Counted from the stretch's first letter, positions 1 to 10,480 are shown. The stretch: 64,000 nt of DNA from Anaerolineae bacterium (GCA_963675785.1 OY776562.1:2464001-2528000), one strand, 5' to 3'. Notes: generated from the letters alone by a model not told the origin. A program made the numbers and translations.

Positions 1-1020
1 TTGGATCATGACTCACGCTATACGCTCTTTTCGGCGGGGCACGACCCCGAGGGCTATGCCTGGCCAAGCAATTTTCGCACACGCGAACTGCCACTGACCG
101 ATCGTCACCTGGCTATCCTCTGGCAGCGGTTACGCCTGCCACTGCCTGTCGAGTTCATCACCGGCGGCGCCGACATTTATCACTCACCCGATTTCGTGCT
201 GGCTCCCGTGCTGCATGCCAAACGCGTGCTCACCATACATGATCTCTCTTTTATGCGGCTGCCCGAATGCTCCTCACCACCTCTGTTAGAATACCTGATG
301 CGCAATGTTCCCCGTTCAATCGAGCGGGCTGACCTCATCCTGGCCGATTCAGAAAGCACCCAGCAAGATCTAGTCGAGCTGCTCCATGTCGATCCGGCAC
401 AAACTCGCGTGGTGTATGCAGGCATCGATCCAAACTTTGGCGAACACCTTGATGTGGACACTGCCCGAAAAAAGTACGGCCTGCAGCGCCCCTATATCCT
501 CTCGGTAGGCACCCTACAGCCACGCAAAAACTATGTGCGGCTCATCAAAGCCTTTGCCCTATTACGCCAAGAGCAACAGGTCGATATCGATCTGGTCATC
601 GCCGGCGGCAACGGCTGGCTGTACGAAGAGATATTTGAGACCATCACGGAGCTGGGATTAGAAGAGCGAGTACACGTCACCGGCTTTGTTGACGAAGCCG
701 ACCTACCTTCACTCTACGCTGGTGCGGCAGTTTTTGCCTTTCCCACACTGTACGAGGGTTTCGGAATGCCCGTGCTAGAGGCTCTGGCCTGCGGCGCGCC
801 GGTGCTCACCGCCAACACTTCATCCCTGCCCGAGGCCGCTGGGGAAGCCGCTCTGTTGGTGGATCCTCTGAACATTGAGGGAATGGCCGAAGGTTTGTGG
901 CGTCTTTTAGATGAACGCGAACTGCGCAACGAACTGATGAGCCATGCCGAGGAGCAGTTAGCCAAATTTACCTGGCCCCACGCAGCCGCCGATTTGTTGG
1001 CGTCCTACAAGAGCCTGTAA
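1..1020 (+). CDS. Glycosyltransferase family 4 (GT-B), 5'-truncated by window edge
   Basis: VGTLQPRKN and YEGFGMPVLEALACG motifs typical of GT4 retaining glycosyltransferases. Confidence 0.9.
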   Translation: MDHDSRYTLFSAGHDPEGYAWPSNFRTRELPLTDRHLAILWQRLRLPLPVEFITGGADIYHSPDFVLAPVLHAKRVLTIHDLSFMRLPECSSPPLLEYLMRNVPRSIERADLILADSESTQQDLVELLHVDPAQTRVVYAGIDPNFGEHLDVDTARKKYGLQRPYILSVGTLQPRKNYVRLIKAFALLRQEQQVDIDLVIAGGNGWLYEEIFETITELGLEERVHVTGFVDEADLPSLYAGAAVFAFPTLYEGFGMPVLEALACGAPVLTANTSSLPEAAGEAALLVDPLNIEGMAEGLWRLLDERELRNELMSHAEEQLAKFTWPHAAADLLASYKSL

Positions 1021-1024
1021 GACG

Positions 1025-1058
1025 AAAAAAGGGCGCTGCAAGATGCAGCGCCCTTTTT
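1025..1058. terminator. Bidirectional intrinsic terminator
   Basis: aaaaaa-GGGCGCTGCA-aga-TGCAGCGCCC-ttttt between convergent GT4 and hpt. Confidence 0.85.
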
Positions 1059-1071
1059 ACTATAAAAAGAA

Positions 1072-1617
1072 CTAGCTATAAACCTCGGGTTTGAGCACGG
1101 CGATAAAAGGTAGATTGCGGTACTTTTGGGCATAGTCCAACCCATAGCCAATGACAAACTCGTCATTGATATCAAAGCCCACGTAATCGACCTGGAGCTC
1201 GACCTCTCGCCGGGCTGGTTTGTTGAGCAGCGTGCATAGCTTGATGCTGGCCGGGTTGCGCACCTTGAGGTTCTCTAACAAATAAGCCAAAGTGTTACCA
1301 GTATCGATGATATCTTCGATGATCATGATATGCCGGCCGGTAATATCGCGATCCAAGTCCTTGAGGATTTGCACCACGCCGCTAGTTTCCGTGGCGTCGC
1401 CATAACTGGATACAGCCATAAAATCGATGCCATGATGGATGGTGATCTGTCGCGTCAGGTCAGCCAAAAAGACATAACCGCCCTTGAGCACGCAAATCAA
1501 CAGAGGGTTAAGACCGTCATAATCGCGCGAGATTTGCTGGCCAAGCTCGGCCACGCGTTCCTTGATCTGCTCCTCTGAGATGAGCACACGGGCGATATCG
1601 TTGCTTATGGGATCCAT
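1072..1617 (-). CDS. hpt: Hypoxanthine phosphoribosyltransferase
   Basis: VLKGG, IIEDIIDTGNTL PRPP motif, FVIGYGLDYAQKYRNLP; start set at MDPIS. Confidence 0.96.
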   Translation of the reverse strand: MDPISNDIARVLISEEQIKERVAELGQQISRDYDGLNPLLICVLKGGYVFLADLTRQITIHHGIDFMAVSSYGDATETSGVVQILKDLDRDITGRHIMIIEDIIDTGNTLAYLLENLKVRNPASIKLCTLLNKPARREVELQVDYVGFDINDEFVIGYGLDYAQKYRNLPFIAVLKPEVYS

Positions 1618-1682
1618 CCTTGTCCTCCCGGTAGCCAAGTGAGATTGCCCCTATTCTACCCTTTTTGCGCAATGCCGCAAGG

Positions 1683-2873
1683 TTACTCGACCAGACACAA
1701 CAAGCCCTTGAGATAGGCCCCCTGGGGAAAGGGCAGGAACACCGGGTGATCTGGCCCCTGGCGCAGCTCTTGCAGAACGCGCAGCTCACGGCCAGAATCA
1801 ATGCCTGCCCCAAATACCACTTTTTGAAAGAGCAGAGCATCCACGGCACCCGAGCATGAGAACGTCGCCAGAATTCCCCCCGGCTTGAGCAGGTGCATGG
1901 CGGACATGTTGATATCCTTGTAGCCGCGCGTGGCCGATTGCACCTGGGCTTTGGAAAAGGCGAACTTGGGGGGGTCAAGGACGACCACATCATAGCGTTT
2001 GTTCTGGTCACGCAGAGTGCGCAGCAACTTGAAAGCATCACCTTCCAGTCGCTCTCCCGGCTCAAAGCCATTCAACACCATATTCTCCGCAGCTAAATCC
2101 AGGGCGTTTGCCGAGCTGTCCAAATGGGAGATATGCGCCGCTCCCGCCCTGGCCGCATACACAGAAAAACCGCCTGTATAGGCAAAGACGTTGAGCACGT
2201 CGCCGCCCGCACAATAGCTGCCTACCGTCTCACGGCTCATCCGCTGGTCAAGGTAAAAGCCAGTCTTGTGCCCGTTGAGGATATCGACGTAAAAGCGCAG
2301 GCCGTTCTCATGCACCTCGATGCGCTCCGGAGGTATCTCTCCAGCCAAAACGCCCACCACCGGCCCCAGCCCCTCTTGCGGGCGAATGTCCGCATCGCTG
2401 CGTTCATAGATACCCCTGGGAGAGAGCATTTCCATGAGCATCTCGGCGATCTCTTGCTTGAGACCGTCCATACCCATGGTGAGCGATTGCAACACCACCC
2501 AATCGGCATAGCGATCGACGATGAGACCGGGCAGGCCGTCGGATTCGGCATAGACCAGGCGATAGGCGTTGGTATCACCGCTCACCATGCGCTCGCGTCG
2601 GGCAATGGATGCGGCCAATTGTTGCCGCAAAAAAGCGCGATCGATGGCCTGTCCCTGCTCCCAGGTTAGCACCCTCACCCGAATCTTGGAATTAGGGTTG
2701 TAGTAACCCCTGGCCCACCAGGCACCGCCGGCATCCACCACATCGACCATGTCACCCGGCACAGCATCGCCAATCACTCTCGCCACTGCCCCGCTGTAAA
2801 TCCAGGGGTGGCGGTTCATCAAAGCCTTTTCGCGCCCCTTGGCCAGGACGATACGAGACAATTCTGCCATCAT
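1683..2873 (-). CDS. rlmI: 23S rRNA m5C1962 methyltransferase RlmI-like (PUA + SAM MTase)
   Basis: HPWIYSG, ESDGLPGLIVDRY, GHKTGFYLDQR, VVLDPPKF, TFSCSG, DHP motifs. Confidence 0.9.
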   Translation of the reverse strand: MMAELSRIVLAKGREKALMNRHPWIYSGAVARVIGDAVPGDMVDVVDAGGAWWARGYYNPNSKIRVRVLTWEQGQAIDRAFLRQQLAASIARRERMVSGDTNAYRLVYAESDGLPGLIVDRYADWVVLQSLTMGMDGLKQEIAEMLMEMLSPRGIYERSDADIRPQEGLGPVVGVLAGEIPPERIEVHENGLRFYVDILNGHKTGFYLDQRMSRETVGSYCAGGDVLNVFAYTGGFSVYAARAGAAHISHLDSSANALDLAAENMVLNGFEPGERLEGDAFKLLRTLRDQNKRYDVVVLDPPKFAFSKAQVQSATRGYKDINMSAMHLLKPGGILATFSCSGAVDALLFQKVVFGAGIDSGRELRVLQELRQGPDHPVFLPFPQGAYLKGLLCLVE

Positions 2874-2884
2874 GTTTGTTTCCT

Positions 2885-4342
2885 CTACGCTGAACGCCGC
2901 ACAAGACGCAGAACCAGTACGCGGCGTGTTGATTCGGTAATACATCCGGCTTGACCCTGTCGAACACCAGCAAGCCAAACAATCTCGTCCCCACTCTCGA
3001 TGAGCGGCAGTCCATCGCGCAAGGGCTGGGGCACATGTTCGTCGATGAGCACATCCTTGACCTTGCGCCTCCCAGCCATACCCAAGGGCCTCATGCGGTC
3101 ACCCGGACGGCGCACTCGCAGTCGTAGTTCGCCCAAGGCATCGGCGTCCAGAAAAGCCGTCAGAGGATGCCCGCTACTCTGCCAATCCACAGGCAATTCA
3201 CACCGTTCAAAGAGTTCACATTGGAGCACCCAGCCCTCAGCCAATTCGCACATCCCCGAACAGAAAATGGGTCGCGGATCGCCGTGATACTGCGGCAGCA
3301 AGCGCTTCGGTACAGCTTGACCGGCCTCAGCGATGATGACTTTATCGTAATAGACGGCTAGCTCTAGACCGCCAGGAAGCGTGCAATGCGCCCCGGTCTG
3401 CCCGCTACGAATGACCTGCAATGCCGCCTCGGCATGCACCCAACCCACATCGCGCAGGGTGGATTGCAGGTTAAAGATGGCACGTCGCACCATCGCTCGC
3501 ACCACTGCATCAGAAAGTGTTTGCAGCACCTTGGCTGACAAAATGATAGGCTCGCCCTCGCTGATACAAGCCTTTTCCCAGGCGTTATCTACCACCTCAG
3601 AGATGATCTCGTAATCGCCTGCAAAGGCCTGACTGGCCTGCCAAACACCCTGCTTGAAATTGGGATTATAGGTCTCTAGCAGCGGTAACAGTTCGTGGCG
3701 CAGTCGATTGCGAAAATAGGTCATATCGGCGTTGGTCTCATCGATGCGCGGGGCCAGGTGATACTGCTGACAATAAGCCTCGATATCCGCCCGCCAGACG
3801 CCCAGCAGGGGGCGCAGTAGGCGCAGTTTTTCGGCACCAGGCACGGCTAGGCTCAGGGGATCCAGGTTAGATTCGAAAACCATGCCCCTCATGCCGCCCA
3901 GGGCCGAGCCACGGAGCCAGTGCATCACCACCGTCTCCACCTGATCATCGGCGTGGTGGGCCGTCAAAAGGACACTCGCCCCAACGCGAATTGCCGCCTC
4001 AGCCAAAGCTGCATAGCGAAGCTGTCTCGCCGCTTCTTCCAACGAAATGCCCGGTACTTGAGCAGCAGCTGGCGCATCCACAGAGATAATCTCACAGGTC
4101 AAGCCTAGGCTAACGGCATAGTCGCGCACAAAGTGGGCATCGGCCAGTGAAGCCTCGCCGCGGATGCCATGTTCTACATGGACTACATGCAACGCCAGGT
4201 CCAATTCTGGTGCCAGGGTGTGCAGCACGTGCAGCAGGCACAACGAATCTGCCCCGCCCGAGACTGCCACAACGATCGGCACGTCGCACACGAGGGGAAC
4301 GGCACTCAACAATCTAGTCCTTACCCCTGCAACAATGTCCAC
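2885..4342 (-). CDS. tilS: tRNA(Ile)-lysidine synthase
   Basis: AVSGGADS PP-loop, EEAARQLRY, AHHADDQVET, RNRLRHELLP, C-terminal RRPGDR domain. Confidence 0.95.
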   Translation of the reverse strand: MDIVAGVRTRLLSAVPLVCDVPIVVAVSGGADSLCLLHVLHTLAPELDLALHVVHVEHGIRGEASLADAHFVRDYAVSLGLTCEIISVDAPAAAQVPGISLEEAARQLRYAALAEAAIRVGASVLLTAHHADDQVETVVMHWLRGSALGGMRGMVFESNLDPLSLAVPGAEKLRLLRPLLGVWRADIEAYCQQYHLAPRIDETNADMTYFRNRLRHELLPLLETYNPNFKQGVWQASQAFAGDYEIISEVVDNAWEKACISEGEPIILSAKVLQTLSDAVVRAMVRRAIFNLQSTLRDVGWVHAEAALQVIRSGQTGAHCTLPGGLELAVYYDKVIIAEAGQAVPKRLLPQYHGDPRPIFCSGMCELAEGWVLQCELFERCELPVDWQSSGHPLTAFLDADALGELRLRVRRPGDRMRPLGMAGRRKVKDVLIDEHVPQPLRDGLPLIESGDEIVWLAGVRQGQAGCITESTRRVLVLRLVRRSA

Positions 4343-4408
4343 ATCTCTATCCTACACAAAGCCGGAGCACAAGGCTCCGGCTGCGTTCATCCTGCAAAAC
4401 CCCGTCTC

Positions 4409-6145
4409 TCAGAACAGGCCGGTTACCTTACCATCTGCCGTCAAATCTATATCCATGAATGAAGGCCGCCGAGACAGGCCGGGCATGGTTTTCATATCAC
4501 CACACAAGGGGTAAACAAATCCCGCTCCAGCGCTCACCGAGACATCACTGACGGGCAGCACATAGCCCTTGGGAGCCCCCTTCAGGGCCGAATCATGGCT
4601 GAGCGAAAGCTGCGTCTTGGCCATACAGATGGGCAGTTCGCCATAGCCCAGCTTTTCGTACTGCTTGATCTTGCGATCGGCCTCGGCGCTATACTCGACA
4701 CTGCCGGCGCCATAAACACGCGTGGCAATGATCTCGATCTTGTCCTTGATGGGCAGATCCAATGGATAGAGATAACGGAAATCGCTGGGCTGCTCGCAAG
4801 CCGCCACCACAGCCTCGGCCAATTGACGAGCTCCTCGCCCACCTTCGGCCCAGTGGTTGCTGGGTACTGCGTCGAACGCTCCTGCTTGTAAGGCGATTTC
4901 ACGGATCAGATCGATTTCGGCCTCGGTATCGGTAGCAAAGCGATTGACCGCCACCACCACCGGCACACCGTATTGTTTGGCAATGTTGATATTGGCAATG
5001 AGATTCTCACAACCTAGGCGCAAGGCGTCCAAGTTTTCCTCGACCAATTCGCGCGGCAGCGGTTTACCGGGCACCACAGGGCCCAAACCGCCATGCATTT
5101 TCAGAGCACGCACGGTAGCCACCATGACCACACAATTGGGCTTGAGACCACTCACACGGCACTTGATGTCAAAGAATTTCTCCATGCCACAATCGGCACC
5201 AAAGCCCGATTCGGTTACCACGTAATCGGCCATGCGTGAAGCCAGTCGATCGGCGATGATGGACGAATTGCCGTGGGCGATGTTGGCAAAGGGCCCGGCA
5301 TGGACAAAGGCCGGCGTGTTCTCTAACGTTTGCAACAAGTTGGGCATAATGGCGTCTTTGAGCAGCACGGCCATGGCCCCAGCCACGCCAAAATCCTCAG
5401 CCGTAATCGGCTGACCACTGGTATCCAAAGCGAGTACCATACGCCCCAAACGAGCCCGCAGATCAGTCAGATCCGTAGCCAAAGCCAAAATAGCCATTAC
5501 TTCGCTGGCCACAGCAATATCGAAAGCGGTTTCACGCGGCGTGCCCTCACGTGGGCCACCCAAACCCGTCACAATGTGACGCAAGGAGGCATCCTCGACA
5601 TCCACCACGCGCCGCCAAAGGATAGCCATGGGATCAATATTGAGACGCTGCAGGCAGGCCTTGGCCAACGACTTGTCGCCCAGGTGACGTTCGTGAATCA
5701 TGCGCGCATCAATGGCAGCAGCAGCCAGGTTGTTGGCGATAGCCACAGCATGGTTGTCGCCAGTAAGATGCAGATTAAAGTCCTCCATGGGCACAACTTG
5801 GGCATAGCCACCGCCAGCCGCACCGCCCTTGATGCCGAAGGTGGGCCCCATGGATGGCTGCCGAATACAGGTAAAAACGCGTTTGCCCAGCTCTGAGCCC
5901 AATGCCTGGCTCAGCCCGACAGTCGTCGTAGTTTTGCCTTCGCCCAATGGCGTGGGCGTAATAGCCGTCACGTCCACATAACGCGCGGCCGGACGGTCAA
6001 CGAAACGATGCTCTGCCTCCAGATGGACCTTGGCCTTGAACCAGCCGTAGGGTTCGATGTCATCCTTCTCCAGCCCTAGGTCAGCGGCAAGTTCCAAGAT
6101 GGGTCGCAATGTAGCGGCCTGTGCTATCTGTAGATCGGTGAGCAT
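4409..6145 (-). CDS. fhs: Formate--tetrahydrofolate ligase
   Basis: TPTPLGEGKTTT, GIKGGAAGGGYAQV, HAGPFANIAHG, CMAKTQLSLSHD, MPGL. Confidence 0.97.
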   Translation of the reverse strand: MLTDLQIAQAATLRPILELAADLGLEKDDIEPYGWFKAKVHLEAEHRFVDRPAARYVDVTAITPTPLGEGKTTTTVGLSQALGSELGKRVFTCIRQPSMGPTFGIKGGAAGGGYAQVVPMEDFNLHLTGDNHAVAIANNLAAAAIDARMIHERHLGDKSLAKACLQRLNIDPMAILWRRVVDVEDASLRHIVTGLGGPREGTPRETAFDIAVASEVMAILALATDLTDLRARLGRMVLALDTSGQPITAEDFGVAGAMAVLLKDAIMPNLLQTLENTPAFVHAGPFANIAHGNSSIIADRLASRMADYVVTESGFGADCGMEKFFDIKCRVSGLKPNCVVMVATVRALKMHGGLGPVVPGKPLPRELVEENLDALRLGCENLIANINIAKQYGVPVVVAVNRFATDTEAEIDLIREIALQAGAFDAVPSNHWAEGGRGARQLAEAVVAACEQPSDFRYLYPLDLPIKDKIEIIATRVYGAGSVEYSAEADRKIKQYEKLGYGELPICMAKTQLSLSHDSALKGAPKGYVLPVSDVSVSAGAGFVYPLCGDMKTMPGLSRRPSFMDIDLTADGKVTGLF

Positions 6146-6171
6146 CGGTATCTCCTGAAAAGGGTATAATT

Positions 6172-7026
6172 TTAGCCCAATTGACGTTGGGCAGCGGAAA
6201 TCGTATTCATCAACAACATGGCATTGGTCATAGGGCCGGTGCCACCGGGCACAGGTGTGTACCAGCCTGCCACATCCATGGCCGCCTCAGCGTCCACATC
6301 ACCCACTATGACATCACCTACCACATTGATGCCAAAATCAATCACGGCGGCCCCTGGCTTGATCATCTCGCCAGTGACAAAGCCACATCGCCCCACAGCA
6401 GCCACCAAAATATCGGCCTCTCGGGCAATGGCAGCCACATCCTGCGTTCGCGAATGGCAGATGGTTACTGTGGCGTTGCGGTGCAACAGTAACAGCGACA
6501 TGGGCCGCCCTACGATATTGCTGCGACCAATAACCACAGCACGCTTGCCGGCCATCTCGACGCCATAGCGTTCCAGTAGCACAATGCCGCCCAGAGGTGT
6601 CGCCGGAACCGGCGCATCGCCCGTATTCTGCAGCAAACGCCCAGCATTCAGCGGATGAATGCCATCCACGTCCTTGGCGGGGTCTAACACAGAAACGATG
6701 CTCTCGCTTGTGAGCGGCGCTGGCAAGGGCAACTGCACGATAATGCCATTCGTGCGTTCATCGGCGTTGAGCGCCCGAATGCGCTCTTGCAGCGCCGTCT
6801 CACCAGTTTCACTTTCAAGCTGAACCAACTCACAATGCAAGCCAGCACGCTCAAAGGTTCGGCTAATCTGGCGGACATACCAGGCCGAAGCAGGATCACT
6901 GCCCACCTGTACCACGGCTAGACCAGGGGCAAAGCCGTGCCTCGCCACAAACTCGGCTGCCTGTATGGCCGCATCTTGACAGATTTCCCGGGCACATTGT
7001 TTACCGTCGAGGATTCTAGCCGTCAT
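6172..7026 (-). CDS. folD: Methylene-THF dehydrogenase/methenyl-THF cyclohydrolase
   Basis: GIIVQLPLP, KDVDG, GRSNIVGRP, TPVPGGTGPMT. Confidence 0.96.
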   Translation of the reverse strand: MTARILDGKQCAREICQDAAIQAAEFVARHGFAPGLAVVQVGSDPASAWYVRQISRTFERAGLHCELVQLESETGETALQERIRALNADERTNGIIVQLPLPAPLTSESIVSVLDPAKDVDGIHPLNAGRLLQNTGDAPVPATPLGGIVLLERYGVEMAGKRAVVIGRSNIVGRPMSLLLLHRNATVTICHSRTQDVAAIAREADILVAAVGRCGFVTGEMIKPGAAVIDFGINVVGDVIVGDVDAEAAMDVAGWYTPVPGGTGPMTNAMLLMNTISAAQRQLG

Positions 7027-7034
7027 GCCAACCC

Positions 7035-7670
7035 CTACGCTTTGATCCGCTCATCGACCAGAGCCAACACCGCATCACGACACTCGGTGAGACCCTCGGT
7101 CAAAGCAGCCATCTGTTCGGTCAGTTCGGCGGCTCTATCCGCATCGGTGATGCTTTGTAGATTGATGGTGACATTGAGCAGAGCGCCGTGCACGGCGCTC
7201 TCCGCCAGCCGCACGGCCACGCCTGCATCGCTCACTGCCCAGCGGTTGCCCAATTCGGCAGCCGGACGAGCCAGAGCTACCACTTTGGTGCAGGCTCGAG
7301 CGATCTGTAGCGGCACTTGGGCCGCCTGCCACAACGCCTCTTGAATAGCTGCGGCGCGTGCAATTTTTTCGTCTGCATCTGACTTGGGCAAATGATAAGC
7401 TGCCATCACCTGGTCATACACCATAGCATCCATATCGGCCAGAGCAACCAACTGGCAGCGCACCCCCTCGCTTTCCATCAACACTTGGCGCAATTCGTCC
7501 TGAGCACCTTCATAGCCCTTTTTGCCAAGGGTGAGGTTGCAAACCATGCTGACCAGACTTGCTGCCAGGGCACCGCCCATAGCGGCACCCGCACCACCAC
7601 CCGGCGTCGAGGCCTTGGAGGCCAGAGCGTCCATGAATTCGTTGATGGTGAGTTGAGAAAAACTGGGCAC
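7035..7670 (-). CDS. fchA: Cyclodeaminase/cyclohydrolase family protein (FTCD_C, FchA-like)
   Basis: LASKASTPGGGAGAA, SMVCNLT, SDAGVA, NVTINL; GTG start after AGGA. Confidence 0.85.
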   Translation of the reverse strand: MPSFSQLTINEFMDALASKASTPGGGAGAAMGGALAASLVSMVCNLTLGKKGYEGAQDELRQVLMESEGVRCQLVALADMDAMVYDQVMAAYHLPKSDADEKIARAAAIQEALWQAAQVPLQIARACTKVVALARPAAELGNRWAVSDAGVAVRLAESAVHGALLNVTINLQSITDADRAAELTEQMAALTEGLTECRDAVLALVDERIKA

Positions 7671-7692
7671 AGCTATTCCTCGTTCATCAAAA

Positions 7693-8292
7693 CTAGATGA
7701 TGCGCCGCCCTGAAAGGGCCTCGGATAGGGTGATGCGATCGGCGTATTCCAAATCACCGCCGCGCGGCAAGCCCAGCGCCAAGCGCGATACTTGAATCCC
7801 CAGCGGGCTAACGAGCCGCGAAATGTACGTGGCCGTGGCGTCGCCCTCCATGGTCGGATTAGTAGCGACAATGACTTCGCGAATGGTATTGTCTTGCAGG
7901 CGATTCACCAGTTCGCAGAGGCGCAGTTCGTCCGGGCCAATCCGATCCATGGGCGAAATATGTCCATGCAACACGTGATACAATCCGTGATAGGTGCCCG
8001 TATCTTCGATGGCTACCACATCCAGCGGTTCCTCGACCACACAAATCAGTGAGCGATCGCGATTGCCGCTAGAGCAAATATCGCAAGGGTCAGATTCACT
8101 GATATTACAACACACCGAACAAAAAACCGTGCTTCTATGAAGGTCAGCTAACGCATTAGCCAGGGCCAAGGTCTCGTCCTCACCTGCGCGTAGCAGGTAA
8201 AAAGCCAATCGCGAGGCCGTTTTAGGGCCAATGCCCGGCAATCTGCTCAGGGCATCGATCAGCCGGGTGACGGGTTTGGGAGCACCAGCCAT
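7693..8292 (-). CDS. recR: Recombination protein RecR
   Basis: LPGIGPKTASRLA HhH, C4 zinc finger, YHVLHG, ATNPTMEG. Confidence 0.97.
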   Translation of the reverse strand: MAGAPKPVTRLIDALSRLPGIGPKTASRLAFYLLRAGEDETLALANALADLHRSTVFCSVCCNISESDPCDICSSGNRDRSLICVVEEPLDVVAIEDTGTYHGLYHVLHGHISPMDRIGPDELRLCELVNRLQDNTIREVIVATNPTMEGDATATYISRLVSPLGIQVSRLALGLPRGGDLEYADRITLSEALSGRRII

Positions 8293-8639
8293 TAGAAGAG
8301 CCCTGGGATATCGACGCCACCAGCCAACGGCCCAAGCATATCACTGGCAAGCTTTTGCGACATGGCCGTCGCCTCATTAAAGGCAGCCATGATGAGGTCC
8401 TGCAACATCTCGACGTCCTCGGGATCGACAGCGTCGGGCGAGATTTTAACAGAGACCACTTCTTGTGCGCCGGTCATCTCTATAGATATGGCTCCACCAC
8501 CAACCGTAGCCGTCACTGTCTTTTCAGCCAGCGATTGTTGGGCCTCCATCATCTGCTTTTGCAGTTGCTCCAGCTGCTGGGCCATAGGGGCTCCGCCACC
8601 ACCAGGCGTCTTGAAGCGTTTCTTGCCTTTACTTGCCAC
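8292..8639 (-). CDS. ybaB: YbaB/EbfC nucleoid-associated protein
   Basis: GGGAISIEMTG, VDPEDVEMLQDLIMAAFNEA; dnaX-ybaB-recR synteny. Confidence 0.93.
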   Translation of the reverse strand: MASKGKKRFKTPGGGGAPMAQQLEQLQKQMMEAQQSLAEKTVTATVGGGAISIEMTGAQEVVSVKISPDAVDPEDVEMLQDLIMAAFNEATAMSQKLASDMLGPLAGGVDIPGLF

Positions 8640-10407
8640 TATCTTCCTCCTGATCAAGATCTTCCTTGATATGCACATCAGTTATTTTCATGCCCAAACG
8701 CTCGGCCTCTTTGATCGCCGGATGGCTGAGCAATCTGTCGCGTGCCTGTTTCTTGGGGTCGGGCACTGAAAATAAATCCGCTGGCCCTTCGCGCATCTCT
8801 CGTACAGCAGTCCCACTACTCGTTGTGCAAGTCACCCGGCAAGGCGTGCCCAACACTTCGGAAAGCACGTCCTCCAAAACGGTGCGGCGCTCATTCTGCT
8901 GTAGTTTTTCGCGGTGAAAGTCTGCTTCGCAGCCGATGATGACCACGCCATCTTGAACCCCAACAGGCCTGACAGAGTGCAAGAGAGCTTCTACCTGACG
9001 ATTGACCGAACGCATACGAATAAGCACTTGCCGCCAATGCCCCTGCACCCAGTCCAAAGTTAAATCCGGTGTTGCTGTAGGTTGAGACGGCGTCTCTATT
9101 GACTCATCCGCCACACTCGCCTGAGGTTCGACTACCGGCTGTGCTTGTTCTTTCACCGTGTAGGTAGCTGGCGTTTCTGTACGAGGCTCCTCGACAGTAG
9201 GCGTTACCGCTTCGCGCACCTGGGGGCGACTGGAGCGAGGTCGAGAGGCTGTTCGTTCAGCAGGCGGCGTCTCGGCGGGCTTAGAGACGGTCTCGCTATC
9301 CTCAATGCGATGCTTTTGGCCAATAGCCATGGCCGCTTCTACCAGCGCCAGCTCGATAGGAATCTCGGGGCGTGTAGCGTGGCGCAAGCCCTGGCCCGCC
9401 TCGGTGAACAATTTAATGGCTCGCAACACCGTCCCCAAAGAACAACCTGCTTGAACTAGGGCCCTTAGGTCGGCAATATCTTCTGGCGTCATGGCCGTGC
9501 TCTCTGCCGAACTGCCCACCCTGAGCAACATGAGTGCCCGCAGTGCTTCGACAATATCAGCAAGAAACTGCCGTGGTTCTGCGCCTGCATCAAAGGCCTC
9601 GCGCACCACCTCAATGCCGCCGGCGGCATCGCCTGACACAATAGCCCGTACCAAACCAATGACCAGATCGCTGGAGGTGCTGCCCAATAGAGCCTGCACT
9701 TGCTCCAGGGTAATGCGGCTGCCCTCATAAGAGCTAAGCTGATCGAGCAGGCTTTCGGCATCGCGATAGCTGCCCGCACCACGCCGCGCAATATAGGCAA
9801 GGGCTTTTTCTTCGATTTCAAGACCCTCGCGCTTGCAGATCATGGTTAGCTTGTTCTGGATGTCCTCTAGCGAACCGCGGCGCAGATCAAAGCGCTGGCA
9901 GCGCGAGAGGACGGTATCAGGCAAGCGGTAGGGCTCGGTCGTGCAAAAAATAAAGACCACATGGGCTGGTGGCTCTTCCAACGTCTTGAGCAGGGCGTTG
10001 AATGCTTCGCGGGTCAGCATGTGGACTTCGTCAATCACATAGACTTTGTAGCGACACTCATTGGGGGCAAAGTTAACCTTGTCGCGCAGATCACGGATCT
10101 CTTCGATGCCGCGGTTGGAAGCACCGTCGATCTCGGTCAAATCGAGAGAGCGACCCTCCAGCAGGCTGGTGCAGATGTGGCATTGGTTACAGGGCGGCGT
10201 ATCGGTGTCCCCGATGCAGTTGATGGCTCGCGCAAACACACGCGCAATGCTGGTTTTACCCGTGCCCCGCAAACCCGTAAAGAGATAGGCATGGCCAATG
10301 CGCCCACTGCGAATCTGATTCTGAAGCGTGCGCGTAACATGCTCTTGCCCCAAAATCTCGTCGAATGTTTGTGCGCGCCACTTGTTATAGAGCGCCATAT
10401 TACTCAT
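8629..10407 (-). CDS. dnaX: DNA polymerase III subunit gamma/tau
   Basis: LYNKWRAQTF, GLRGTGKTS, CNQCHIC, IDEVHML, AFNALLKTLEEPP, SRCQRF. Confidence 0.97.
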   Translation of the reverse strand: MSNMALYNKWRAQTFDEILGQEHVTRTLQNQIRSGRIGHAYLFTGLRGTGKTSIARVFARAINCIGDTDTPPCNQCHICTSLLEGRSLDLTEIDGASNRGIEEIRDLRDKVNFAPNECRYKVYVIDEVHMLTREAFNALLKTLEEPPAHVVFIFCTTEPYRLPDTVLSRCQRFDLRRGSLEDIQNKLTMICKREGLEIEEKALAYIARRGAGSYRDAESLLDQLSSYEGSRITLEQVQALLGSTSSDLVIGLVRAIVSGDAAGGIEVVREAFDAGAEPRQFLADIVEALRALMLLRVGSSAESTAMTPEDIADLRALVQAGCSLGTVLRAIKLFTEAGQGLRHATRPEIPIELALVEAAMAIGQKHRIEDSETVSKPAETPPAERTASRPRSSRPQVREAVTPTVEEPRTETPATYTVKEQAQPVVEPQASVADESIETPSQPTATPDLTLDWVQGHWRQVLIRMRSVNRQVEALLHSVRPVGVQDGVVIIGCEADFHREKLQQNERRTVLEDVLSEVLGTPCRVTCTTSSGTAVREMREGPADLFSVPDPKKQARDRLLSHPAIKEAERLGMKITDVHIKEDLDQEEDSGK

Positions 10408-10480
10408 CAATCCGGGCCCCTGCTCTAAATGTATCTCGTTTAGTTTATCATTGGCCACAGGTGCATACAAACCCCGCAGT

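Noticed and set aside
8629-10407. Programmed frameshift in dnaX (gamma/tau)
   Set aside because: No slippery A-run with downstream hairpin seen at the expected position; the ORF is continuous
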